Source: a virus (lineage: Duplodnaviria > Caudoviricetes). Taken from it: a DNA stretch of 64,000 bases. Of this stretch, positions 19,695 through 29,493 are shown one piece after another. Position 1 is the stretch's first letter. Every line of letters begins with the position of its first letter. The notes below the pieces were generated by a model. It was not told where the DNA came from, did not search any database, and saw nothing but the letters and a program-made list of their open reading frames with translations. The stretch spans positions 34,775 through 98,774 of the IMG/VR virus record IMGVR_UViG_3300035505_000328. The stretch is one strand, 5' to 3'. The translations under genes and the position numbers were made by a program.

Positions 19695-20150
19695 AAGAAA
19701 ACTTTTTGTATGTAAAATTGTGGGAAACTAATTATTGTAGGAATGTCATGTAACTATATGAAAGAATCATAACAACAGACATACACTTAAAAATTATTAT
19801 ATGCAATACACCAAATTCGAACAGCAAACCTCTTTTATTAAGTTGTGTGATATTCGTACAAAATTAGTTATCCGTTCTTGTAAGTGATTTAAAGGTAAAA
19901 ACCTGCACGTATATAAGTACATTGGCTTTGAGTGTTTCTAGAGCATGGAAAAGCATTTGGTAGGATTAATTTACTATGAATCATTTAGAGACAATATGGG
20001 TGATATAATGTTTGAGTTTGTTTTTTATTAAACTCACCAACAATCTTTGCACAAATAATTACACATTTTTATTTGTTGAATAATCAAAACGCACAGACAC
20101 ATCAAATATTTCCCTATTCTATTAATTTAGAATAGGGAAATATTTTTTTT
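19695..20150 (+). ncRNA. Candidate ~455-nt structured non-coding RNA
   Basis: AACA-acctta-TA promoter at 19684-19695, long G.U-containing stems that favour the + strand, and a strong terminator at 20104-20150. There is no credible ORF. Confidence 0.55.
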
Positions 20151-20184
20151 TAATATATAACAGCAAGAAAGTGAGGTAACACAC

Positions 20185-20874
20185 ATGGACTACTTTAACG
20201 ATGAATCTCTATTTGAAGATGACCTTTATTTAGAGGATTCTTTTGTTGATTATCAAGAAAGGCAAGGATATTCAATATCTACACCTTTATTAAATGAAAC
20301 AGAAGCAATGATACTTTCAGAAGAAACCAATATTGAAACCCCTGTATATATTGCTAAAGAATATTTAACAGGTAGAAGTGAAGGTCGTATTAAACAGCTA
20401 GAAGACGATTACAAGCATTGTGATACGCCAGCTAAGAAGAAAAGATTAATAGGACGTATTAATCGTTCTATATCTGTAGTTACAAAAATTCAAGACCCTA
20501 GTTTTTGGGGAAAAGCTAATGAAATAGCTACTGGAGCTACAGCTGTAGGAAGTGCTGCAATAGGTGGCAAAGTTTTATATGATGGTATAAAAGTTGCCAA
20601 AGCAGGTAAAGCTGTAGCACAAACTGGAGCTTTATTATCAGTATCAACTGGTGGAGCTGCTGGAGCTGCAACTACTGCTGCTGGAACAGAAATAGCTAAA
20701 GCTGGAGCTACTGCTGCTGGAGCTGGAGGAGCTGCTTTGGCAGTTGGGTTGGGACTTACTGCAATCCAAGCTAGTAGATTAATATCTCAAAGAAAGTCAG
20801 TACAACATAAGACCACAGAACATTTAAAGAAACTTAATGACCTTAAGAGAAAAACAGAAGCTTTGAATGTATAA
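20185..20874 (+). CDS. Probable head-internal/ejected protein with Gly-Ala-rich hydrophobic segments
   Basis: Acidic N-terminus with several L-x-E sites (LFE, YLE, LNE, LSE) followed by GA-rich stretches. Confidence 0.5.
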   Translation: MDYFNDESLFEDDLYLEDSFVDYQERQGYSISTPLLNETEAMILSEETNIETPVYIAKEYLTGRSEGRIKQLEDDYKHCDTPAKKKRLIGRINRSISVVTKIQDPSFWGKANEIATGATAVGSAAIGGKVLYDGIKVAKAGKAVAQTGALLSVSTGGAAGAATTAAGTEIAKAGATAAGAGGAALAVGLGLTAIQASRLISQRKSVQHKTTEHLKKLNDLKRKTEALNV

Positions 20875-20958
20875 TTATGGAGGTATATAGAAAAAAAAAA
20901 GAAACCTCGTTATCAGGTACAGAAAAACTAATGTTTATTCTGTTTACAAAGGATGCAA

Positions 20959-21237
20959 TTATACTCTTGCGAATATAATTGCATCCTTTGCCCCGAACTC
21001 TTTTATAAAGAATTCGGGAAAGTCATGGAGTACGACTTTACCGTTACGCTCAAGATTGAACATAACAGCACTCATATTTCGTAGCTCCATGTCAGCTTTC
21101 AGACCTGAAAGCTGACTAGGGGAGTAGTTTTTGATTCTTACAGAAACTACTACACCACTCCCCTTTTTCTGTGCAGAAACTTTTTTATCGAGGTTCTGCC
21201 ATACCTCGAATACGAATTTATCCATAATAATCACCAT
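20959..21237 (-). CDS. Small hypothetical early protein
   Basis: 92-aa ORF with ATATATTAT at 21324-21316; start uncertain. Confidence 0.65.
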   Translation of the reverse strand: MVIIMDKFVFEVWQNLDKKVSAQKKGSGVVVSVRIKNYSPSQLSGLKADMELRNMSAVMFNLERNGKVVLHDFPEFFIKEFGAKDAIIFARV

Positions 21238-21398
21238 TCAAGAGGTCTGGACGTTAACCTCTTGCCTTTCCTTTTTTTTTTTGTTTTATGTAATAACCTA
21301 CATGATTCTATAACGATAATATATAAAAAAAAAGGTAATTTTACGATTTTAATAAAACAGGAGAATACACCATTATGGTGTATTCTCCCTTTTAATTC

Positions 21399-22238
21399 TT
21401 AATTTTTTCTTGGTTGCCAAATTCCTTTTAGGTATTCTTCTCTAAATTCCATAAATTCGAAGTAACCTCTTTGCAAATCTGGATGTTCATATATTATCTT
21501 ATTAACTTCATCAAAGTTATTAGAAAGCTTCAGTACACTTGAAAAGTAAGCTGTTATAGTATTCATCAGTCCAGTCCATGCTAGTCGATAACGAAAAGTC
21601 ATAAAGAACTGAAATAATTCTTCAAACCATTCAAAGTCTTCTTCAAATGTACCTCTGAAAAAGCTATTTTCACCAGCACCAAGTGTAGCCTTTTCTTCTT
21701 TTGAAACTCTTTTATAACCATGTAATATTCTATTAAGTGTAGCTGAACCGTATCCAGCATTTGTTTTATGAGATATTTTACATATCTCATTGTGAATTCC
21801 TAATGCTAATGCAACCCAATACATAAAGTAATTATTCAATGGTAATACTGGAATTCCAGATTGTTGATGTTTGTCTCTAGCATTAACAAAACTGATAAAA
21901 CTTTGTAAGTTAGTAATCACGTTATCAATATAATTAACACTTGGCGAACAGTTCCTTTGTAATTCCAGTCTACCATTAAATGTATCTACTAACTTTACAG
22001 TTCTAGCAAAAATAACTGCAGCAGTATCTTTGTAAGTTATATCCAAATCAAACAATTCTTCACATTGTGGGTTTTCGTCAACAGGACAAACATTTTTACC
22101 TGTTCTTTCATTAACAAATTCATTTGGACTTAAAAAGAACTTCTGCATTGGAAATTTCTCATAAGTTGGTTTCTGTACTACTGGTGGGTATAAATAGTTT
22201 TGCTCCTTCACAGTTTCTTGCATAGTTGTTGTAGTCAT
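21399..22238 (-). CDS. Paralog-array protein 6
   Basis: EELFDLDITYKD and YWVALA family motifs. Confidence 0.75.
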   Translation of the reverse strand: MTTTTMQETVKEQNYLYPPVVQKPTYEKFPMQKFFLSPNEFVNERTGKNVCPVDENPQCEELFDLDITYKDTAAVIFARTVKLVDTFNGRLELQRNCSPSVNYIDNVITNLQSFISFVNARDKHQQSGIPVLPLNNYFMYWVALALGIHNEICKISHKTNAGYGSATLNRILHGYKRVSKEEKATLGAGENSFFRGTFEEDFEWFEELFQFFMTFRYRLAWTGLMNTITAYFSSVLKLSNNFDEVNKIIYEHPDLQRGYFEFMEFREEYLKGIWQPRKN

Positions 22239-22992
22239 TTAGTAAATCCTCCATCTTCCATAATGTTTTCCTCCATTTTCCATCATACTGAGTAATATAG
22301 TAAGCATCTGTTATTGTGCCATTTTGTGTAGGGTCTTTTAGCAAAGCACATATAAGATAAAGATTCTTTGCAATCCCTTCATACATAACTAGTTTCTTAA
22401 ATTGATAGATAAAATCTATTGTCTCAAAAAACATTTCTGTGTCTAACTCAGTTGATAAAGACCATATGAAACTATTTTCAATTATGACTGTTGCTCGAAC
22501 TAGTTTTATATAAATTTCATTAGCCAAGATAATCCAGTAAGTTAACATACCAGATATATAAAGTGGCTCTTCTATATTTCTTTTATTACAAAGCTCTTGC
22601 CATCCTCTTAAAGCCATAATCATTGTTTCATAGGCATTGCTTATTGCAGTATAAGTCGTTACCCCTTTTCCTGAAGTCATTTCTTCAATTAATCTTTCAG
22701 TATCCATATTAAGAATCTTCTTATCTCTTGAATAATAGTCAAACTGTGTACTCCAAATTAAATTATGCCCACCTAAATATCCCTCTAGTCGCTTATTAAT
22801 GAACTCACTAAATTTAGCTATAAAATCTTTGTAAGTAACTTCATAGTCAAATCTTTCTTCTTTGCTCATGTCATCAATAGCAACATAGCTAGATGTTGGT
22901 TCACTATTATTCAAGTAGTGATTGTAATATTCTAACGTTGGATAAGTCGCAGTCAAAGACTTTTGCTCCTTCACATTCTCTTGCATATTCAT
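22159..22992 (-). CDS. Paralog-array protein 5
   Basis: YPTLEYYN, EERFDYEVTYKDF, YWIILA and ETIDFI...MYEGIA. Confidence 0.8.
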   Translation of the reverse strand: MNMQENVKEQKSLTATYPTLEYYNHYLNNSEPTSSYVAIDDMSKEERFDYEVTYKDFIAKFSEFINKRLEGYLGGHNLIWSTQFDYYSRDKKILNMDTERLIEEMTSGKGVTTYTAISNAYETMIMALRGWQELCNKRNIEEPLYISGMLTYWIILANEIYIKLVRATVIIENSFIWSLSTELDTEMFFETIDFIYQFKKLVMYEGIAKNLYLICALLKDPTQNGTITDAYYITQYDGKWRKTLWKMEDLLNDYNNYARNCEGAKLFIPTSSTETNL

Positions 22993-23707
22993 TATACTCC
23001 TCCAATAATTTTATCATTCTTTTTATAGTATCACCCATAACTCCAATGTTTAGGTGTATATATTCTTCTTCAAACAGCATAAGAAACCTATTAAAATAGT
23101 ATGCAACTCCTTCAAATAGCAAATACTCCTTAAAATCACAAATAAAATTTATGGTTTCAAGAAATGTTGACATACTTTTACCAAATAAGAAGTTTAAAGG
23201 AACTTTTATTCTAAAGCTATTTGAATAAGAAATGTAACACTCTTGAAGTATTTCAAATATTCTAGATGCTAAAGCAGCCCAGTAATAAAAATACTCCTCA
23301 AATTTTAATTCACTTTCACTAGCTTTAAATAATAGCTGTTTAAAAAGTTCTAAAACATATTTTACAGCATATTTAGTACTCTTTTCTTGATATTCTTCAT
23401 TACTAATAAAATCCAAAGGTCTTATATAGTAAACTGCATCACGTAAAAATAATGTTTTTACATCAGCAAGAATATTAATGTGTGTCATATCACTTGCTAA
23501 AAAATCATGGTAAGTGACATTATAGTTAAACTGTTCTTCCTCATTCAGTTTAACTTTCTGATACAAATTCACAAGTACATCACATGTTTGACTTATATAG
23601 TAATTATAGAATTCCAAAATAGGAAATTTACTAGTTACAACTTTTTGTCCTTCTACTAGAATTCTATGAGCTTCTCTATGATTTCTTTCTGCTTCTTCTT
23701 GTGTCAT
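22907..23707 (-). CDS. Paralog-array protein 4
   Basis: FPILEFYN, EEQFNYNVTYHDF, YWAALA and ETINFI...LFEGVA. Confidence 0.8.
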   Translation of the reverse strand: MTQEEAERNHREAHRILVEGQKVVTSKFPILEFYNYYISQTCDVLVNLYQKVKLNEEEQFNYNVTYHDFLASDMTHINILADVKTLFLRDAVYYIRPLDFISNEEYQEKSTKYAVKYVLELFKQLLFKASESELKFEEYFYYWAALASRIFEILQECYISYSNSFRIKVPLNFLFGKSMSTFLETINFICDFKEYLLFEGVAYYFNRFLMLFEEEYIHLNIGVMGDTIKRMIKLLEEYNEYARECEGAKVFDCDLSNVRILQSLLE

Positions 23708-23727
23708 ATTAAATGCTCCTCCTTTTA

Positions 23728-24615
23728 TTAATCGTCGTCTCTAATCCACCTATCTTGTCTTAATACTAATGGGTCTGTAAATGCGTCTACAACATTATCT
23801 TTCATTGCTTGTCGTGTTATTGCATACTGCTGATACTCTTGTATCATATCCTTCATTTTTTCAAAGGTTTTTGAATGTTGCTCACAATAGTCAGTATCCT
23901 CATATTTACGTATAGATACCATTAGCCTGAATAATACAAATGCTAGACCTTCATACATTAGATATTTCCTAAAAGCATATATGAAGTCTATTACATCTTG
24001 AAAACCCATATTGTTAAGTAATTTTAATAGATGGCTGACCATACCCCTTCCTTTAATCATTCCCCCTCCTCCATAATTATGTCGATATGCAAATATTAAA
24101 TTTATCAGCAAATCAACTAAGTTTGATGATACAACTGCCCAAAAACATAAATTCATTTTACAGTCATCTGTTAACCTTTCGGATATCATTTGCTGTAAAG
24201 TTGCTCTTGCGTCTTTCACACCATACATAGTAGTATCACTATGAATACCACATTCCTTTTTTGAGTGCCATCTAGTATAGAACAAAAAGTTCCTAGATGA
24301 ATTAGGTATAAAGAATCCAACATTTGTTACTTCTATACACATACTTAAGAAATCTCTGTAAGTAATTTCTAAGTCAAATAATTCTTCCTTAGTTAAATTA
24401 AGCTCACATCGTGAAATCCTTGTTTTTGCACCAGTGATTTCTGTAAAGTGAGTATTCAAGTAAAAGTTAAAAAACTCTAACACAGGATACTCACTTTTAA
24501 GAATTTTCTTTCTAAGATTTCTAGCTTCTTTGTTATTTTGCTTTACATATGCTTCCTTTGAATAGTATCTCTCAAATACGTCCATATGAATTCTCATAGA
24601 ATTATTTTTATCCAA
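23728..24615 (-). CDS. Paralog-array protein 3
   Basis: YPVLEFFN, EELFDLEITYRDF, FWAVVS and IDFI...LMYEGLA. Confidence 0.8.
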   Translation of the reverse strand: MDKNNSMRIHMDVFERYYSKEAYVKQNNKEARNLRKKILKSEYPVLEFFNFYLNTHFTEITGAKTRISRCELNLTKEELFDLEITYRDFLSMCIEVTNVGFFIPNSSRNFLFYTRWHSKKECGIHSDTTMYGVKDARATLQQMISERLTDDCKMNLCFWAVVSSNLVDLLINLIFAYRHNYGGGGMIKGRGMVSHLLKLLNNMGFQDVIDFIYAFRKYLMYEGLAFVLFRLMVSIRKYEDTDYCEQHSKTFEKMKDMIQEYQQYAITRQAMKDNVVDAFTDPLVLRQDRWIRDDD

Positions 24616-24683
24616 TTTTTCATTTCCTCCTGTTAATTCAACAACAAGTGTCCCATTGTTCTATATAAATTAATCATAGCTAA

Positions 24684-25493
24684 TTATTCTTCCGTATAGG
24701 AATAAGTTAAATCCTTATATGCTTCTTCTGTTATAGGTAAAGCTCCTTCAAGGTTCTGAGATTCCATATTGTAAATATCTACCAGTTTACGTAACTTAGT
24801 AATTACTTCCTTCCAAGATTCATCATTTTTAGGATACAAAGGATTCTTATCTGGTAACGGATTTTCAATATAATATGCAAGTCTAATACAGTTATATGCA
24901 AGACCTTCATAAAGCAAATACTTGTGAAAGTCATAAGTAAAGTTTACTATTTCTTTAAGACTTTCATTTATACTTCTTTTAGCCTTCATATCAAACAACT
25001 GTAATGACATTTCTTCATACAAAGCGTGTGCTAATGAACACCAAAAACACAAAAAGTTCTCTACTCTTGAATCATCATACTCTTTAAATAGAGACATTTT
25101 GGTATTCAAATCTCTTAGTACTAAATCTGTTTCTAAAATGCCAGCATACGTAGAACCATCATAACTAACAAAACTCTCAGAACTACCATTACTTGTAGGT
25201 CTTATTCCAGATATTTCCCTTTTATAATAAGGAAAATTCATACCTTGTCCAGTTTTATCTAAATTAAGATTATTATTATACAAGAAATCATGGTAAGTTA
25301 CATCGAGATTGAAAATGTCATCTTTAGTTAAATTAAATCCTGTATGATTAGCTATTGTTTGTTTTGCTGGATAATAGTCACCAGTTTCTATTACTTTTTC
25401 CATTACAGGTGTATCATTCAAGTAACAGTTGTAGTATGTCATTGTAGGATACTTGTATTGTAATAAATCTTCAAAATTAAGAACTTTTGTCAT
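24684..25493 (-). CDS. Paralog-array protein 2
   Basis: YPTMTYYN, DIFNLDVTYHDF, FWCSLA and LLYEGLA. The start is probably the ATGA overlap at 25493. Confidence 0.8.
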   Translation of the reverse strand: MTKVLNFEDLLQYKYPTMTYYNCYLNDTPVMEKVIETGDYYPAKQTIANHTGFNLTKDDIFNLDVTYHDFLYNNNLNLDKTGQGMNFPYYKREISGIRPTSNGSSESFVSYDGSTYAGILETDLVLRDLNTKMSLFKEYDDSRVENFLCFWCSLAHALYEEMSLQLFDMKAKRSINESLKEIVNFTYDFHKYLLYEGLAYNCIRLAYYIENPLPDKNPLYPKNDESWKEVITKLRKLVDIYNMESQNLEGALPITEEAYKDLTYSYTEE

Positions 25494-26353
25494 TTTAAAA
25501 ACCAACATCCTGTTAAATTTTTTCGTGTAGCATACTGATAGTCAATGACGAAATTTCCAAACTCCATTGTAAGAATATCAAATTCCATAGTCAAATCAGT
25601 ATACTTCTTAAGCACTTCAGAATCTATCACTTTATTAAGTTCAAGTGTAAATCGTTTAAGATGGCTTAAATCATCTTTTACTGATAACACATTTTCTATA
25701 AGAAATTTTGTCATCAGTAAATCACTATATTTCAGTATAAACTCTAAACATTCATTGAATGCTAGAAATGCTTTATTCATTAACTCTGATGGCATGTTGA
25801 CTATATCGTAATTGAAAAACATAGATAGTCGTCCAATATAATTATCAAGGTCAACATGTGCTTTACTAAGTCTTTTGGATAAGAATACAGATAACAATGC
25901 CCAATAAGTTATATAAATATATCTATCAGAATTAAGTCTTAAGGATTCCTTATTTAAAAACTCTGTAAACACACTTCCAAGTACTTGACAATTTTTGCTA
26001 CCAATCGTCAAGGATGCCATGCTTTTTTCTTCTCCGAATTCATAAGTATCATTATTAAAGGTAAAACTATTTGCAAACTCCCATAAAGCACTAATTATAG
26101 AAGGACCTTTGTTATCTGTATATCCAGATTCCTTTTCCAATTCATATATAAAATCACGATAAGTAACAGTGTAATCAAAAACTAGTTCTTTTGGTAGTTC
26201 TATGTTTTTTGTGTTACTTACAAATAATCCATTGAAAATTGGACTAGCCAAATACTCATGTGGACTAACATCAATAAAATGCTTCATGAAAGCAATAATA
26301 TCATTAAAAAAATATGCTGTTGGAAACTTATACTTGTTTATGTCTTTTGTCAT
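25490..26353 (-). CDS. Paralog-array protein 1
   Basis: FPTAYFFN, ELVFDYTVTYRDF and YWALLS; SD AAGGAGG. Confidence 0.8.
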   Translation of the reverse strand: MTKDINKYKFPTAYFFNDIIAFMKHFIDVSPHEYLASPIFNGLFVSNTKNIELPKELVFDYTVTYRDFIYELEKESGYTDNKGPSIISALWEFANSFTFNNDTYEFGEEKSMASLTIGSKNCQVLGSVFTEFLNKESLRLNSDRYIYITYWALLSVFLSKRLSKAHVDLDNYIGRLSMFFNYDIVNMPSELMNKAFLAFNECLEFILKYSDLLMTKFLIENVLSVKDDLSHLKRFTLELNKVIDSEVLKKYTDLTMEFDILTMEFGNFVIDYQYATRKNLTGCWFLK

Positions 26354-26448
26354 TGTATACTAAACCTCCTTTTATTTTAAAGTTTCCTATGAAATTATAA
26401 TAAAAAGAGCTAGAATGAGTATAAAACCCATTCTAGCTCTTGACTTGT

Positions 26449-26880
26449 TTAATGAGACTTGAAAGCGTGGTCAAAATACTCTGGGAATAACCTATTAAGT
26501 ATCTCAACTTCTTCATCAGTACACTTTCTGTTCTCGCTGATTGAGAAGACCTGACTATCTTCAGAACCTTCATCAATCCTAATACAGTTCCAGACAAAGT
26601 CTTCTTTGTTATAAGCATCAATATCAACTGAAGCCATATACCAACCTTGATAGTTGTGAAGCTTTGATAAGTCAATACAATCTTTTTCATAATCATACTG
26701 ACATAATTCTCTGAAACCTCCATCCTTCGTAGGTCTTACAACCCGAAAGATTTTGAATCCTGAAGCTACAAACGTTCTGTCATCACCTTGTTTGATAACT
26801 TCATTCTGAACAATGTTCTGCTTTTCATAAAGCAAAACATTGTCTTCTGTTATATGGTCAACTGTATTTGGTTTAGCCAT
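26449..26880 (-). CDS. Hypothetical protein
   Basis: 143 aa, SD AAGGAGG. Confidence 0.75.
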   Translation of the reverse strand: MAKPNTVDHITEDNVLLYEKQNIVQNEVIKQGDDRTFVASGFKIFRVVRPTKDGGFRELCQYDYEKDCIDLSKLHNYQGWYMASVDIDAYNKEDFVWNCIRIDEGSEDSQVFSISENRKCTDEEVEILNRLFPEYFDHAFKSH

Positions 26881-26928
26881 AATTCTAAACCCTCCTTTGA
26901 CTTAATAATTAGCTTGTTCAAAGGAATA

Positions 26929-27270
26929 TTACACATTCAATCTGCAATGGCTTTTCAGTCTTTCATGTGTTCTTAAGGTCGTTCCTTTGAATTTTACCCT
27001 CTTGACTTCCTTAATAGGTTTCTCCTTACCTTTAATCCTACAAGTAATCACCTTTTGTGTCTTAACCTTTATTTCCCCATCAATCAAAACATGAAAAATG
27101 TTACCTTCCCGATTGTAAGAAATTACATTAGATTCTAATAGAATCTTTTGCATTTGAGGTGATAATTCTGCCAATGATGTTCCATCTGTTATTGGTGTAT
27201 ACCCCGAATATACCTCTAAATTGTTATAACCTACAAGGTTCTTGTCCTTAGCTAATTCTTTTAACGTCAT
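26929..27270 (-). CDS. Hypothetical protein
   Basis: 113-aa ORF in an operon arrangement. Confidence 0.65.
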   Translation of the reverse strand: MTLKELAKDKNLVGYNNLEVYSGYTPITDGTSLAELSPQMQKILLESNVISYNREGNIFHVLIDGEIKVKTQKVITCRIKGKEKPIKEVKRVKFKGTTLRTHERLKSHCRLNV

Positions 27271-27279
27271 TTACCCGTC

Positions 27280-27837
27280 CTATTCCTTTCTAGTTCTACT
27301 ATAAAATTTATTTCTTATGAAATTTTTGAATAGAAAGCAAAACACTTTGAAATCTCCACCTTTTATATACAAATCGGAGACTTGTGTCGGAACATAGACA
27401 TATTCCAGAAAATCATTAACGAAATCGTTATAGTTTTCCATAGAACGCTTTGTAGAAAATAAATCATCATCCACAAAACTTTTAGCTACTACATAACCAA
27501 CAGTTTCTCCGTAATCAAACCAATGCTCTTTAAAAAACTCAACAAGCTCATTAAAAGAGTAGTGCATTGGAACTAAGTGATTAAAACCAATAGAAAGTTC
27601 TTCTGTAAAATCCTCAACCAAATCATCAAAATTATTATAACAAAGCTCAAAATTAAATTGAAGCTCTTTCAAGACAAGAGGATTATTCCTGTGAAGAAGT
27701 CCTAAATCCTCATAACACTCAAACAATTCTTCTGGTTTCAGTTTCTTCTTGAGAAATGGTCTTACCACTCTTACTACTTGCAACCAGTCATTAAAGACTG
27801 AATACATAGACAAAAAGTCCATAACATTTTCTTCCAT
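27280..27837 (-). CDS. Hypothetical protein
   Basis: 185-aa ORF. Confidence 0.7.
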   Translation of the reverse strand: MEENVMDFLSMYSVFNDWLQVVRVVRPFLKKKLKPEELFECYEDLGLLHRNNPLVLKELQFNFELCYNNFDDLVEDFTEELSIGFNHLVPMHYSFNELVEFFKEHWFDYGETVGYVVAKSFVDDDLFSTKRSMENYNDFVNDFLEYVYVPTQVSDLYIKGGDFKVFCFLFKNFIRNKFYSRTRKE

Positions 27838-27933
27838 TATTAAAAAATCCTATCTTTTTTTAAGTTTTTTTGTTTCCCTTAAGTTATTTATCTAAAAAGA
27901 AAGGGAATGATATTTCTACCATTCCCCTTGGTA

Positions 27934-29415
27934 CTACTTTCCACTGTTGACTATAATGTTACCCTCTAAATCTTGGAATACAGGTCTTATAGCACTTACA
28001 ACCTTTTCTCCTCGACCAGCACAACATGTGGTTGATTCCAGCCAAACCCTAACTGGTTTCTTATCTTCTCCATGACCTCTCCAATAAGTGTGCCAATGAC
28101 CCCTACGCACATACTCATAGCTATGAGCAGAGCCATCATGGTGTTGTACATTATCCAAACCTAACTCTTTTCGTTCATACTCCTTACGAAGATTAGAAAT
28201 CTGGCTTAACAGATTATTTCTTTTCTTCGGAGTACTCCCTACCCTTTTTCTAGTTTCTTGCTTCGCATTAACTTCTTTCTTCTCTTTTCTTCTACGTTCT
28301 TTTTGGATTGGATGAAGAAGAATGAAGTTAATGATTAGGAAGTATGCAGCTCCAGCAAACATATGAGCAGCACATGCCTCATAGACACCTTTACGTTTCT
28401 CATTGGACTTAACTAAAATGTCCTCAACAGAAACACATCTGTCTAAGATTGCTCCCATCCCAAAAATTGCTTCCACATTATCGAATTCATACCATTTGAC
28501 GTTTGCTAAGTTGTCTTCATCAATATGTGGAACTGCATTTTCTTCTAACTTCTTAACAATGCCAACTTCTGAAGTAACTGCTTCCCGAACTGGAAGTCTC
28601 TCAGATAAATGTTTTGCAGCTTCTTCTTCAGTCTTATATGCTACAGCGTTAGAAATAACCCTTAACTCTCCACCAATCATTCGAAAATCAAAGAGCTGAT
28701 AAAAGATATCATCTGATTCTTCATACACTTTACCAGATTTGATTGCCAAACGTAAAGATGGTAATGGACAAGTTTCTGATATCTCGTCGAATAACTCTGA
28801 TGTTTTCAGTTGTCCATTACTACGTTTCACCATATCGTGATATAAGTCCATAACAGCTTCCATCTCTTCCAAGTTGCTTACAATCATTTGCTTAGATGTA
28901 GTGTTTACAGACTTAATCGTAGTAAAAGCTGGGTTGATTGTGCTTAGTCGTTTGAGAATGAACTCAAGTTCCTCAAGATGTTTAATTATCTTCCCCATAG
29001 AAAAAGACTTCTTGAAACTCATAATACTTCTGTATTCATCATCAAACTTCCTTACACTTGCCAGTGCTTTTGACACATCTTTCAGTTCAACATCATAGAA
29101 CTTCTGACCTGAATCCATGTATCTACGCACATCCCTTGTTTTCGTGTGTCTTGGTGTGTTTATTAAAAACACAATATCAGCAAGCATGTTAATTACTTCC
29201 TCATCTGAATAATCACCTGCAGACAATAATACAGCTATTGCTCTATCAGCAGGATTCTTAGATTCTGAAAGCTTTCTCATCTTGTTGATGTTGGCTATAT
29301 CAGCCATTTGTCGGTTCATAGAGAAATCTCTTAAACCATATGGGTTATTGCCAAAGCTACCTCCTTTCATAATACTTGACAAATCTCCAAACTTAGTAAA
29401 ATTGTTGTTCATCAT
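27934..29415 (-). CDS. Early protein with an AcrVA2/FinQ-like C-terminal RRGHWH motif
   Basis: YVRRGHWHTYWRG...VRVW near the C-terminus; early motif at 29473-29465. Confidence 0.55.
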   Translation of the reverse strand: MMNNNFTKFGDLSSIMKGGSFGNNPYGLRDFSMNRQMADIANINKMRKLSESKNPADRAIAVLLSAGDYSDEEVINMLADIVFLINTPRHTKTRDVRRYMDSGQKFYDVELKDVSKALASVRKFDDEYRSIMSFKKSFSMGKIIKHLEELEFILKRLSTINPAFTTIKSVNTTSKQMIVSNLEEMEAVMDLYHDMVKRSNGQLKTSELFDEISETCPLPSLRLAIKSGKVYEESDDIFYQLFDFRMIGGELRVISNAVAYKTEEEAAKHLSERLPVREAVTSEVGIVKKLEENAVPHIDEDNLANVKWYEFDNVEAIFGMGAILDRCVSVEDILVKSNEKRKGVYEACAAHMFAGAAYFLIINFILLHPIQKERRRKEKKEVNAKQETRKRVGSTPKKRNNLLSQISNLRKEYERKELGLDNVQHHDGSAHSYEYVRRGHWHTYWRGHGEDKKPVRVWLESTTCCAGRGEKVVSAIRPVFQDLEGNIIVNSGK

Positions 29416-29493
29416 TGATTTCCTCCATTTCGTTTTTAAAAGTAAGCCAATAAGTTACATATTAATAATATATGAATAAACTTAGTAAAATTA

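Noticed and set aside
19801-19887. 28-codon ORF MQYTKFEQ... within the candidate RNA
   Set aside because: It has no SD and overlaps a long stem, so it is probably incidental.
19695-20150. tmRNA, tRNA or RNase P
   Set aside because: I see no acceptor stem with a T-loop, no tag ORF ending in a degradation tag and no RNase P P4 signature. The CCA at ~20037 follows a simple hairpin.
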